The position numbers and the translations under genes were made by a program. The notes under the pieces are model-generated. The model was given only the letters and a program-made list of their open reading frames with translations. It searched no databases and was not told the DNA's origin. Below are positions 1 through 7,880 of a DNA stretch of 32,000 bases, piece after piece (the stretch's first letter is position 1; the number at the start of each line of letters is the position of its first letter). Origin of the DNA: Ruminococcus albus 7 = DSM 20455 (GTDB taxonomy: Bacteria; Bacillota; Clostridia; Oscillospirales; Ruminococcaceae); assembly GCF_000179635.2 (NCBI RefSeq), contig NC_014833.1, positions 2,310,001-2,342,000 of the forward strand, read 5' to 3'.

Positions 1-584
1 CTGATGTTACAACTACTACAACTCACAAGACTCTGAGAGGCCCCAGAGGCGGTCTGATACTGACCAATGATGAGGCACTGGCTAAGAAGTTCAACAGCGC
101 TATCTTCCCCGGCACACAGGGCGGTCCTCTGATGCACGTTATCGCAGGAAAGGCTGTATGCTTCGGTGAAGCTCTCAAGCCTGAATTCAAGGCTTACGGA
201 GAGCAGGTAGTAAAGAATGCTCAGAGACTTGCTAAGGGTCTGGTTGACAAGGGATTCGCACTTGTATCCGGCGGCACTGACAATCACTTGATGCTGGCTG
301 ACCTTCGTCCTTTCAATATCACAGGCAAAAAGCTTCAGAATGATCTGGATGAGGTTTACATCACCGTTAATAAGAATGCTATCCCTAATGATCCTGAAAG
401 CCCATTTGTAACAAGCGGTGTTCGTATCGGTACTCCCGCAGTTACTACAAGAGGTCTTGTTGAGGAAGACATGGATGTTATCGCTGAGTGCATCTACCTG
501 ACAGCTTCTGACTTTGACGCTAATGCTGACAAGGTAAGAGAAATGGTAACAGAGATCTGCAAGAAGTATCCTCTGTACGAATGA
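1..584 (+). CDS. glyA: Serine hydroxymethyltransferase, C-terminal part (5' end lies outside the window)
   Basis: The frame starting at nt 3 reads [23 protein letters not shown]...[11 protein letters not shown]. This is the PLP-lysine motif region ([14 protein letters not shown]) of SHMT. The frame is open from the window edge, with the stop at 582-584. Confidence 0.95.
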   Translation, partial: DVTTTTTHKTLRGPRGGLILTNDEALAKKFNSAIFPGTQGGPLMHVIAGKAVCFGEALKPEFKAYGEQVVKNAQRLAKGLVDKGFALVSGGTDNHLMLADLRPFNITGKKLQNDLDEVYITVNKNAIPNDPESPFVTSGVRIGTPAVTTRGLVEEDMDVIAECIYLTASDFDANADKVREMVTEICKKYPLYE

Positions 585-610
585 TCTGAATAAATATAAT
601 TTGATTTATA

Positions 611-646
611 CCGCAGTTCATCATTTTTGATGTTCTGCGGTTTTTT
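611..646 (+). terminator. Rho-independent terminator after glyA
   Basis: Stem ccgcag(611-616)/ctgcgg(635-640) plus inner catca/tgatg, loop tttt, followed by tttttt at 641-646. Confidence 0.7.
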
Positions 647-764
647 ACTGTTAATAAAAATGAACAAACCGAATCAAAACGGATAAGTATCATTGGATAT
701 GATCAAAAATTATAGTTTTTTTCTATTTTTTTAAGTATATTTAAAACAACGATGACTAAGTATG

Positions 765-773
765 TGATATAAT
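765..773 (+). promoter_or_regulatory. Possible extended -10 promoter element (TGaTATAAT) upstream of the 852 gene
   Basis: tgatataat at 765-773, about 80 nt upstream of the ATG at 852. There is no convincing -35, and the background is AT-rich. Confidence 0.3.
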
Positions 774-851
774 ACGTGTGAAAAAGTTGCAAGCAGAAAC
801 TTTCTGAAATTATTTAAGACAGCAAAAGAATACCAGCATCGGAGGTAATTT

Positions 852-1676
852 ATGAGATTAGGTACATCATCACCCCTTAGTCATTCTTCCGCAGAAGAGT
901 GGGCAAAAAAACATAAAGAACTTGGCTGCAGAGCAGTAAACTTTCCTGTAAACTCAGATGAACCACAGGATCGAATAGACGAATACAAAAATGCCGCAAA
1001 TAAACACGGACTTACGATCGCAGAGGTTGGCATATGGCGAAATGCACTTGCATCAAATGAAGCAGAAAGAAAGATAAACCTTGATTACTGTGTAGAACAA
1101 CTCAGGTTAGCTGACTACCTTGGTGCCCGCTGTGCAGTCAACGTTGCAGGTGCATTCGGCAAAAGATGGGATGGTCACTACAAAGCAAATTTCACCGATG
1201 AAGCATGGAAAAAAACTGCCGCTATGATACGTGAGATAATTGACAGAGCAAATGTTAAAAACACCTATTTCACCATTGAGCCAATGCCATGGATGATACC
1301 TACCGGACCGAATGAATATCTGAAGCTTCTTGAAATGGTGGACAGGGACAGATTCGCGGTTCATCTCGACGGAATAAATATGATCAATTCGGCAGAGCGC
1401 TATTTCGCCTGCGAAGAATTCATAGATGAATGTATAGAAAAACTTGGTAAATACATAAGAAGCTGCCATATAAAGGATGTTCACCTGAAAGAGGAATACA
1501 CATTCCAACTGGCAGAATGTGCGCCCGGAGAAGGTGAATTTCCTCTCAGATATTATGCAGGCAAACTCAATGAGCTAGACAAAGATATGCCGATCATACT
1601 GGAACATCTTGACACGGACGAAGAATACCTTGAATATCTCGGATTTTTAAAGGAAGAACTTGAAGGACTTTACTGA
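852..1676 (+). CDS. Sugar phosphate isomerase/epimerase-like protein (xylose isomerase-like TIM barrel family)
   Basis: 274-aa ORF with RBS ggagg 8 nt upstream of the ATG. Length and pattern (..IEPMP.., ..HLDGINM.., ..CHIKD.., ..ILEH..) resemble the AP-endonuclease-2/xylose-isomerase-like TIM barrel family. Assigned by eye only. Confidence 0.6.
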   Translation: MRLGTSSPLSHSSAEEWAKKHKELGCRAVNFPVNSDEPQDRIDEYKNAANKHGLTIAEVGIWRNALASNEAERKINLDYCVEQLRLADYLGARCAVNVAGAFGKRWDGHYKANFTDEAWKKTAAMIREIIDRANVKNTYFTIEPMPWMIPTGPNEYLKLLEMVDRDRFAVHLDGINMINSAERYFACEEFIDECIEKLGKYIRSCHIKDVHLKEEYTFQLAECAPGEGEFPLRYYAGKLNELDKDMPIILEHLDTDEEYLEYLGFLKEELEGLY

Positions 1677-1714
1677 TACAGTCAGTAAATATCAGTGATA
1701 TACTATAATACAAA

Positions 1715-1749
1715 GACCTCATCGTAAACTCACCGATGAGGTCTTTTTT
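1715..1749 (+). terminator. Rho-independent terminator after the 852..1676 gene. It was probably shared with the convergent 4770..5675 gene before the IS66 insertion.
   Basis: Stem agacctcatcg(1714-1724)/cgatgaggtct(1734-1744), then a T-run to 1749. Confidence 0.7.
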
Positions 1750-1752
1750 ACA

Positions 1753-1781
1753 GTATTAATGTAAGCGTATAACCCCCCGCA
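1753..1781. repeat. IS66 left end: 8-bp target-site duplication GTATTAAT (1753-1760) plus terminal inverted repeat (1761-1781)
   Basis: gtattaat is repeated exactly at 4767-4774. The IR gtaagcgtataaccccccgca matches the reverse complement of 4746-4766 at 20 of 21 positions. It begins with GTAAGCG, as is typical of IS66-family ends. Confidence 0.9.
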
Positions 1782-2363
1782 TCATAAAAGCAAACAGCCG
1801 GGCAGATAACACCCGGCTGTAACATCATATTCTGGCTTTGATTTCTCCATTTCTCTTTGCGTCCATGTATATTTCTTTGAAATCAGCTTTGCTGTTCGGA
1901 CCGAATATGATCGGCATAACAGATACAGGCCATCGGAAATGATCGCATTTTTAAATGGCAGAAGCGCTGCATCAAGCAAAGTTGGCATCGGTGCATTTCT
2001 CAGCATTTCCTCCCAACTGCTGACAATGCCGTTTACAAGAAAAACAGAATTGTCATCGATCGATATAAATACCGATCCCTTTTTCCAATGTCGCTCAATG
2101 ATAAATCTGCCGGTGATGCACCCTTTCCAGCTTTTAAGTATCTCCATGTGTTATTCGGGCAGATCCGATCGCTCAAGATAATCATCAATGATCCATGTCC
2201 GTTCCCATAAAAAGTGGGCAACCTCCGCAGCATCCTGTGGGTCGATCATTCCTTGCCCGAAATAATCTTCCTCAGGAAGTATATGATATTCTCTGTTCAC
2301 ATAGTCAAGCAGTGGAAAAAACAGTTCATAAAACAGCTTTGCATCTTCATTACTAAGTTTCAT
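1782..2363 (-). pseudogene. IS66 passenger ORF of unknown function, split by a single in-frame TAA (70 aa + 121 aa, same frame)
   Basis: ORFs 2151..2363 and 1782..2147 share one frame and are separated only by TAA (2151-2153) and one CAC codon. The ATG at 2361-2363 overlaps the tnpC stop by 11 nt. Confidence 0.5.
1783..1820 (-). terminator. Hairpin plus T-tract at the distal end of the IS66 element (minus strand)
   Basis: Stem acagccggg(1794-1802)/cccggctgt(1812-1820). On the minus strand it is followed by ttgcttttatgat. Confidence 0.5.
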
Positions 2364-3864
2364 TTTCTTCCCTCCATGGTAATAATATCGTTCCCGCAGG
2401 CTGTGAAAACAGCTCGGTCAGGTATTTCTCAGCATCAACACCGTTCGCCTGTGCAGTTGAAATGATCGAATACAGCGTTGCACTTGATCTGGCTCCGTTT
2501 GCTGTATTTGAAAACAGCCAATTTTTTCGGCCTAACGCAAACGGTCTTATTGCGTTTTCGGCTCTGTTGTTGTCGATAGGCACGTCTCCGTTTTCAAGAA
2601 ACGTGTAAAGATATTTCCGTTCATTCAACGCATATCTTACTGCATCTGTCAGCTTGCCCTTACCACTGACCTGAACATTTTCAAGCCACGCAAAAAACTC
2701 GTCAAGCAAAGGCTTTACCTTCACAAGGCGCTGTTTATATCTGTATTCTGTGGAGCTGTCGGCAAGCAGATTTTCTTCGTGATATATCTTGTTGAAATAT
2801 TCTACTGCCTTTGCCGCAACAGAAGTGCTGTGCAGCTTTTGGTCGTTCGGAAGAGCCTGAATAAAACCACGCCTTGCATGAGTCATACAGCCGCATCGCT
2901 TAGCACCCTCGACTGCATTGTAGGCATCGTATCCGTCACAGATAAGATAGCCGATAAATCCTTTCAGGAAATTCGAGGCGTGCTCACCCTTTCGTGTCGG
3001 CTGATAATCGAAAATGATGATGCTCCTGTCATTCATTTTGCCGTTGCAGTAGACCCACATTCTTGATGTCGTGGTAGGCTTTCGGCCTTCCTCGTGAAGC
3101 ACCTGAACGGTCGTTTCATCGGCATGGATCATCTGCCCTGCGATAAGCATCTCATGCATTTTCTCCACAATCGGCAAACACCATTTTTCGGCAGCAGTGC
3201 CTACCCAATTAGACATAGTCGCTTTGAGCAGAGGTATGTTTTTGGAATTAAAGTCCTTTTCCTGACGGTGCAGAGGTACTGACTTTGCATATTTTTCGTA
3301 GATGATATGAGCCAGAAGTTCGGGAGAGCAATAGCTTCCCGGGATCATAGCGTGAGGATATGGCGCACGGATGATATGACAAGGTTCGTCCCTTTCTTCG
3401 GGCTTTTCTCCGCACTCGGGACACTTGTACTTATGTACTATATGCCTGCGGATATGATATTTTGGCGGCGTAAATATAAGTTCATCGTAAGCCTTTTCGG
3501 GAGTCAGTTCTTCCATTTCGGCGCCGCATATTTCGCATACCGGGTTGTCAATTTTGTGATGTTCTTCTTTTACAGGCAGATTGTTCATCCATTCATCGTG
3601 AGTGCGTTTTTTCTTGCGCTTGTGTTCGGGAACAGTAATTGTTTCGGCAGATTTAGCTGCGGATTTTTCTTCATTGTTTCCGAACATGGAAAGCTGAACA
3701 CCGAACTCCTTTTCCATAACAACAGATGTCTGCTCTGTTTTTCTTCCGAATATCTGCTTTCTGAACCACGCTAACTGCTGATTGGCAAGTGCTAGTTCTT
3801 CCTTGAGAACAGCGTTTTCATTACGGAGCGATACAATTTCCGATGTCATATTTGGTTCGGACAT
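2353..3864 (-). CDS. tnpC: IS66-family transposase TnpC (DDE)
   Basis: 503 aa with an N-terminal leucine-zipper-like segment, zinc-finger-like CxxC...CPxC (CEICG...CPECG), and a catalytic region (IHADETTVQV..., ...LICDGYDAYN..., ...DNNRAENAIRPFALGRKNWLF). RBS ggagggg. Confidence 0.92.
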   Translation of the reverse strand: MSEPNMTSEIVSLRNENAVLKEELALANQQLAWFRKQIFGRKTEQTSVVMEKEFGVQLSMFGNNEEKSAAKSAETITVPEHKRKKKRTHDEWMNNLPVKEEHHKIDNPVCEICGAEMEELTPEKAYDELIFTPPKYHIRRHIVHKYKCPECGEKPEERDEPCHIIRAPYPHAMIPGSYCSPELLAHIIYEKYAKSVPLHRQEKDFNSKNIPLLKATMSNWVGTAAEKWCLPIVEKMHEMLIAGQMIHADETTVQVLHEEGRKPTTTSRMWVYCNGKMNDRSIIIFDYQPTRKGEHASNFLKGFIGYLICDGYDAYNAVEGAKRCGCMTHARRGFIQALPNDQKLHSTSVAAKAVEYFNKIYHEENLLADSSTEYRYKQRLVKVKPLLDEFFAWLENVQVSGKGKLTDAVRYALNERKYLYTFLENGDVPIDNNRAENAIRPFALGRKNWLFSNTANGARSSATLYSIISTAQANGVDAEKYLTELFSQPAGTILLPWREENET

Positions 3865-3981
3865 AAAGCACCCCTCCGTTCGTTATGATACTTTAATGAT
3901 ACCACGAAAAGAGGGGCTTTTCAAGCACATATTCTGAATATTCGGTAAGTATTGCCTTAATACAGCGCCCCCGGCTTTCCC

Positions 3982-4314
3982 TCACGGATAGCCTTCGGCT
4001 GCTCTATTTTCTAAGCCTTCCAGAAGCCAGCGAATTTGCTGAGATGTGAGCATTACTGCTTCGGTCTCACTGCGCGGCCACTGGAATCTTCCGTTGTCAA
4101 GGCGCTTGTACAACAGCAGAAAACCATCGCCCTCCCACAGCAGACCTTTGATGCGGTCACAACGTCTGCCGCAGAACAAAAACAATGCTTTCGAGAACGG
4201 GTCAAGTCGAAGCTGAGCCTGAACGATAGTCGCAAGTCCGTCTATCCCGCGTCGAAGGTCGGTGTATCCCGTAACAAGATAGACCTGTGCGTCCGCTGCC
4301 AGATCATTCAGCAT
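3982..4314 (-). CDS. tnpB: IS66 Orf2-type accessory protein TnpB
   Basis: 110 aa with LVTGYTDLRRGIDGLA...LFLFCGRRCDRIKGLLWEGDGFLLLYKRLDNGRFQWP, which is typical IS66 Orf2. Its start overlaps the tnpA stop. Confidence 0.9.
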   Translation of the reverse strand: MLNDLAADAQVYLVTGYTDLRRGIDGLATIVQAQLRLDPFSKALFLFCGRRCDRIKGLLWEGDGFLLLYKRLDNGRFQWPRSETEAVMLTSQQIRWLLEGLENRAAEGYP

Positions 4315-4625
4315 AGCTCATGCACCAAAGCGGTCAGAGTGTCCGCAGATATATCTGCCGGAAGAGATATTTGAAGTCCGTTTTTCTCAATGCGGATATT
4401 TTCGTTTGAGCAAGGAACTGATACAGGAACGATGGTCGGAGAATTTTCGATATACTTTTCACGAACTTTTCTTAGGCGGTTGTAATACGTGTTTGGCTTG
4501 ATCCCTTTTTCTTTGCACCATTCCCGGATCGTCAGACCGCTTGCCTGCTGTGCTTTGATCTGCGCAGACCATTCCTGAAGCTGCATTTCTTTTTTGATTG
4601 TTGTGATGGATGTTGTTTTGTCCAT
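4308..4625 (-). CDS. tnpA: IS66 Orf1-type accessory protein TnpA (HTH-like)
   Basis: First gene of the IS66 trio. The start at 4625 (MDKTTS...) is preferred over the track start at 4673 because AAGGAGG lies 8 nt upstream. Confidence 0.8.
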   Translation of the reverse strand: MDKTTSITTIKKEMQLQEWSAQIKAQQASGLTIREWCKEKGIKPNTYYNRLRKVREKYIENSPTIVPVSVPCSNENIRIEKNGLQISLPADISADTLTALVHELC

Positions 4626-4745
4626 ACCTGTTACCTCCTTGTCTAATCGTCTCCAATGAACTCCATGGATCAATTTGGATTATTCAATTTACTTCATGGT
4701 GTTCCTTGGAGTTTATTATACTTTATTAGACTTCGGTGGGGTAGG

Positions 4746-4774
4746 TGCTGGGGGTTATACGCTTACGTATTAAT
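4746..4774. repeat. IS66 right end: terminal inverted repeat (4746-4766) plus 8-bp TSD GTATTAAT (4767-4774)
   Basis: Reverse complement of the left IR (20/21). The TSD copy contains the TAA stop (4770-4772, minus strand) of the adjacent dehydrogenase gene. Confidence 0.9.
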
Positions 4775-5675
4775 AATTATTTGTGAATATAAGTGCAGAA
4801 GAATCGATTTTCTCCGTATCAGCAAATCCCGTAAAACTCATAACATACCTTAACTCATCACCTATAGATGTGAATAGATCTATCACACCTTGTACACCAT
4901 CCTTTCCAAGCGATGGCATCATAGCTCTGCCGATAGCAGCAGCATCAGCACCAAGGGCAAGTGATTTATATACATCAGCTCCGCTCTCAATTCCGCAGTC
5001 AACAATTATCTCTACTCCCCTGCCTTCAAGTGCTTTCTTAATATCCGGAAGCATCATCATAGGCGGAACAGCATAGGGCAGTCTTCCGTGGTGATGGCTT
5101 ACTATTATAGCCTTAGCACCGAGATCAGCACATTTAACTGCATCTTCAACACTCAACACGCCCTTTATTACGAATGGCAGGCCTGATGCTTCGATATATG
5201 AGCGTATCATATCTGAAGTCTGAGCAGCCATTTCTTCTCCAACACATATATCATAACCCTTTTCTCCGAAAATATGGTCTATATCCATACCTACCGCAAA
5301 TGCTCCGCAATCCTCTGCAAATTTCAGCTGATCGCGAACTTTAGCATTATCTGCATAAGGCTTGACTATCCTTACGGTCTTTGCACCGGTCCTGATGATT
5401 CGTTCAAACATATCATTTTCCATCATGCCAACAAAATTTAGCACATTCATTTCCTTAGCGGCAATAGAATATTCCTCCAGACCGGTAAGCTCTCTTCCGC
5501 CCATATTACCAAGGTGTGAAAATGCTGGCATGAAGATAGGCATACTGAATCTCTCACCAAGAAAAGTCATACTTATATCCGCCTTAACAGAATCGATAAG
5601 ACGTTCTTTAAACAATATTGAATCCATATATCTTTGCGTTATAACATTAGCATCTCTGAGTCTTATATCCTGCAT
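4770..5675 (-). CDS. FMN-dependent alpha-hydroxy-acid dehydrogenase/oxidase family protein
   Basis: TIM-barrel FMN motifs are seen: ...VIKGVLSVEDA...GAKAIIVSHHHGR...IIVDCGIESGADVYKSLALGADAAAIGR. The start at 5675 (MQDIRL) is preferred because AAGGAGG lies 5 nt upstream. The track start at 5762 has no RBS. Confidence 0.75.
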   Translation of the reverse strand: MQDIRLRDANVITQRYMDSILFKERLIDSVKADISMTFLGERFSMPIFMPAFSHLGNMGGRELTGLEEYSIAAKEMNVLNFVGMMENDMFERIIRTGAKTVRIVKPYADNAKVRDQLKFAEDCGAFAVGMDIDHIFGEKGYDICVGEEMAAQTSDMIRSYIEASGLPFVIKGVLSVEDAVKCADLGAKAIIVSHHHGRLPYAVPPMMMLPDIKKALEGRGVEIIVDCGIESGADVYKSLALGADAAAIGRAMMPSLGKDGVQGVIDLFTSIGDELRYVMSFTGFADTEKIDSSALIFTNNY

Positions 5676-5792
5676 AATATCCTCCTTCGATATCTCATAA
5701 TACGAATCTGTCATCTGCTCGATAAAACTATTATAACATCTTTCAAAAGAAAATTGTATCACCTTTAAACGTAAAAATAGAACAAATATGCA

Positions 5793-5821
5793 AACAAGCT
5801 GCCCGAACGGGACAGCTTGTT
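5793..5821 (-). terminator. Probable terminator of the recombinase/RidA transcript (minus strand)
   Basis: Stem aacaagctg(5793-5801)/cagcttgtt(5813-5821) with an inner cc/gg pair. The minus-strand downstream sequence is tgcatatttgttctattttt. Confidence 0.5.
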
Positions 5822-5885
5822 ATGATGATAATACGTTATTTCATATAAGATCTTATATACTGATTTATAGATACGATCCATATTT

Positions 5886-6257
5886 TTACTTCTTATCGCT
5901 GTATGCTATGCCATCTACCTGGAAATGAAGTCCGTTCCCTCCGCCGATATGAGCAAACTCAGTCTGAATAGATTTGCGCACAGGATATCTGCCATTGAAT
6001 CGTTCCTTTATCACCTTTTCCATTATAGGTATATTCCACACATCACGGAAAAGACAATCCATCTGAACTACGTTTTCAAGTGTAAGCCCAAACAAAGCAA
6101 GACGTTTTTCCATTTCATCGAATGCACCGTTTATCTGTTCTTCGACAGTTCCGCCAACATTACCAGCACAGTAATTTATATAATAATTATTTCCTGCCTT
6201 GATGATACCGGAATGCGCCCATTCCTCATTAACATCTTTTCTTATGATCTCGCTCAT
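5886..6257 (-). CDS. RidA/YjgF/L-PSP family protein
   Basis: 123 aa. The pattern ..GTVEEQINGAFDEMEKRLALFGLTLENVVQMDCLFRD....RFNGRYPVRKSIQ.. matches the RidA fold layout. RBS ggggag. The ATG is 1 nt after the recombinase stop. Confidence 0.7.
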   Translation of the reverse strand: MSEIIRKDVNEEWAHSGIIKAGNNYYINYCAGNVGGTVEEQINGAFDEMEKRLALFGLTLENVVQMDCLFRDVWNIPIMEKVIKERFNGRYPVRKSIQTEFAHIGGGNGLHFQVDGIAYSDKK

Positions 6258-6258
6258 A

Positions 6259-7266
6259 TCAATCTCCCCTATCTTTTTTCTTATTACTCTTATTTGCCTT
6301 TTGACCTGACAACGGATTAGCTTCAGCGGCCTGTTTCAGATTCTCATTACTCAGATGGGTATAGATCTCAGTTGTCGCAAGGCTTTCATGTCCGAGTATA
6401 TCTTTAAGTACCAAGGTATCTACGTTCCCGTACTGGTACATAAGTGTAGCGGCTGTGTGACGAAGCTTATGTGTCGTTATTCCAAGATTGCCAAGACCCG
6501 CTTTTTTAAGGCTCTCCTCAACTATCTCCTGTGTCCTTCGTCGGGATATACGAGTATTTCTGTTCGAGAGGAACAAAGCTTTTTCCTGTGTTTGTACTGA
6601 AAGACGTATAGGCAGATACGCTTTAAGAGCAGCGATACACGCCTGATTGATATATACCACACGTTCTTTCTGACCCTTACCGAAAAGCCTTATGGTCCCG
6701 CTCTCAAAGCTGAAATCGCCAATATCCAATCCACAGAGTTCAGACAAACGCATACCGCAGTTGAGGAACAATGTTATCATACAGTAATCACGCTCAAAGT
6801 GATCTGATTCAATTGAAGAAAGAAGGCGCTGTGCATCTTCAAGAGAAAGATATTTAGGCAAAGTCTTCGGAAGCTTCGGAAGTTCAAGCTGAGTCAGTGG
6901 GTCAGAAGGGATCGAATTCTTTTTCAGGTAAAGATAAGAATAGAATTGTTTTAGCGCAGATGTCTTCCGCGCACGTGTCTTTACCGAGTTTGATCTTTCG
7001 TCTGCCAGCCATTTAAGATAATCATAAGCATCGATAAGCCTTAGTTTGCTGACATATTCAAACGGAACTTCCGATATGGTCATCTCCTCAAAAGGAACAT
7101 TGTTCGTATCGATATCCTTATGTTTTATTCGTAGATACCGGAGAAATGACCTCAGGTCAATATAATAAGCTTCAACTGTTCTGTCACCGCGGGCTTTTAC
7201 CAGTTGCATATATGTTAGAAAATCAGCAAGATATTCCGGACAATCATCATAATATTCTTTTTTCAT
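6259..7266 (-). CDS. Site-specific tyrosine recombinase (XerC/XerD-like, phage integrase family)
   Basis: 335 aa with an N-terminal SAM-like core-binding domain. Catalytic residues fit the RHRY pattern: GMRLSEL (R), HKLRHTAAT (H-x-x-R), LGHESLATTEIYTH (H...Y). Confidence 0.9.
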   Translation of the reverse strand: MKKEYYDDCPEYLADFLTYMQLVKARGDRTVEAYYIDLRSFLRYLRIKHKDIDTNNVPFEEMTISEVPFEYVSKLRLIDAYDYLKWLADERSNSVKTRARKTSALKQFYSYLYLKKNSIPSDPLTQLELPKLPKTLPKYLSLEDAQRLLSSIESDHFERDYCMITLFLNCGMRLSELCGLDIGDFSFESGTIRLFGKGQKERVVYINQACIAALKAYLPIRLSVQTQEKALFLSNRNTRISRRRTQEIVEESLKKAGLGNLGITTHKLRHTAATLMYQYGNVDTLVLKDILGHESLATTEIYTHLSNENLKQAAEANPLSGQKANKSNKKKDRGD

Positions 7267-7321
7267 TTTCTGATCTCCATATCATAATATAAAAATGTTT
7301 GGTATAACTTCAATATTTATG

Positions 7322-7350
7322 ATTATACACCAACATTTAAAATAAGTCAA
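7322..7350 (-). promoter_or_regulatory. Sigma-A type promoter for the recombinase gene (TTGACT-17-TATAAT on the minus strand)
   Basis: The minus strand reads ttgact (7350-7345), a 17-nt spacer, then tataat (7327-7322). This sits about 55 nt upstream of the ATG at 7266. Confidence 0.55.
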
Positions 7351-7351
7351 T

Positions 7352-7382
7352 AAAAGCTTCGGGATATATTTCCCGAAGCTTT
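7352..7382 (-). terminator. Rho-independent terminator after the thioesterase gene (minus strand)
   Basis: 12-bp stem aaagcttcggga(7353-7364)/tcccgaagcttt(7371-7382). The minus-strand downstream sequence is ttttattgac. Confidence 0.7.
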
Positions 7383-7387
7383 CGCGG

Positions 7388-7876
7388 TCAAAAACCTTCT
7401 GCTGTACGTTGTTTGCGTATCTCGATGCGTTTTTTTGCACCCTCCCATTCAGCCTCTTCTGTTATACCCTCGGGAATAAGACCATATCCTATGGGTTTGG
7501 GTCTGCCGTTTTCGTCCACATGAACGCAAGTAAGGTACGCATGATTTATTGCACGTCGTATACCGGTGCCTTTATCTTCAACATAAGTATCAACACGCAC
7601 CTCCATAGATGTTCTTCCGACATATGTGACCTTTGCGATAAGTACGACGATATCATTTATGAAAGCACCGTGTTTGAATTTAAGGCTGTCCACCATAAGT
7701 GTAACAGCATTACCTCCGCAATGACGCATAGCAGCAACTCCTGCAGCTTCATCTATCCATTCCATAAGCCTGCCGCCAAAAAGACGGTTTTCTCCATTTA
7801 TATCACGGTACTGGATAAGTTTGGTTATCTCTGTAACAGAATCACAACTCCGTTTAAATCCATTTGGATACGTCAT
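7388..7876 (-). CDS. Acyl-CoA thioesterase (hotdog fold, YciA/BFIT-like)
   Basis: Motif GGRLMEWIDEAAGVAAMRH...VTLMVDSLKFKHGAFINDIVVLIAKVTYVGRTSMEVRV. The start at 7876 (MTYPNGF) is preferred because GGGAGGAA lies 9 nt upstream. The track start at 7912 lacks an RBS. Confidence 0.75.
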   Translation of the reverse strand: MTYPNGFKRSCDSVTEITKLIQYRDINGENRLFGGRLMEWIDEAAGVAAMRHCGGNAVTLMVDSLKFKHGAFINDIVVLIAKVTYVGRTSMEVRVDTYVEDKGTGIRRAINHAYLTCVHVDENGRPKPIGYGLIPEGITEEAEWEGAKKRIEIRKQRTAEGF

Positions 7877-7880
7877 ACTT

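Larger units (their letters stand above)
1761..4766 (-). mobile_element. Intact IS66-family insertion sequence (3006 bp) carrying tnpA, tnpB, tnpC and a downstream passenger ORF
   Basis: Terminal IRs starting GTAAGCG, a perfect 8-bp TSD, and the characteristic three-gene organisation with a tnpA/tnpB ATGcTGA overlap. Confidence 0.9.

Noticed and set aside
3307-3774. 155-aa plus-strand ORF (and 2779..3066, 3094..3282, 4036..4374) inside the IS66 element
   Set aside because: All are antisense to tnpC/tnpB, whose products carry clear IS66 motifs, and none has a translation signal.
3982-4314. Whether the gene labelled tnpB could be an RNA-guided TnpB/OMEGA nuclease
   Set aside because: It is the unrelated 110-aa IS66 Orf2 accessory protein. 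It is far too small, has no RuvC motifs, and sits in the canonical IS66 tnpA-tnpB-tnpC arrangement.
4656-4853. 65-aa plus-strand ORF crossing the IS66 right boundary
   Set aside because: It spans the IS terminal repeat and the 3' end of the dehydrogenase gene in antisense. It is a junction artefact with no RBS.
7293-7339. A possible dif-like Xer recombination site next to the tyrosine recombinase gene
   Set aside because: Alignment by eye to E. coli and B. subtilis dif (for example ACTTCCTAGAATATATATTATGTAAACT) gives only scattered matches, about half of the arm positions. The sequence overlaps a good promoter instead.
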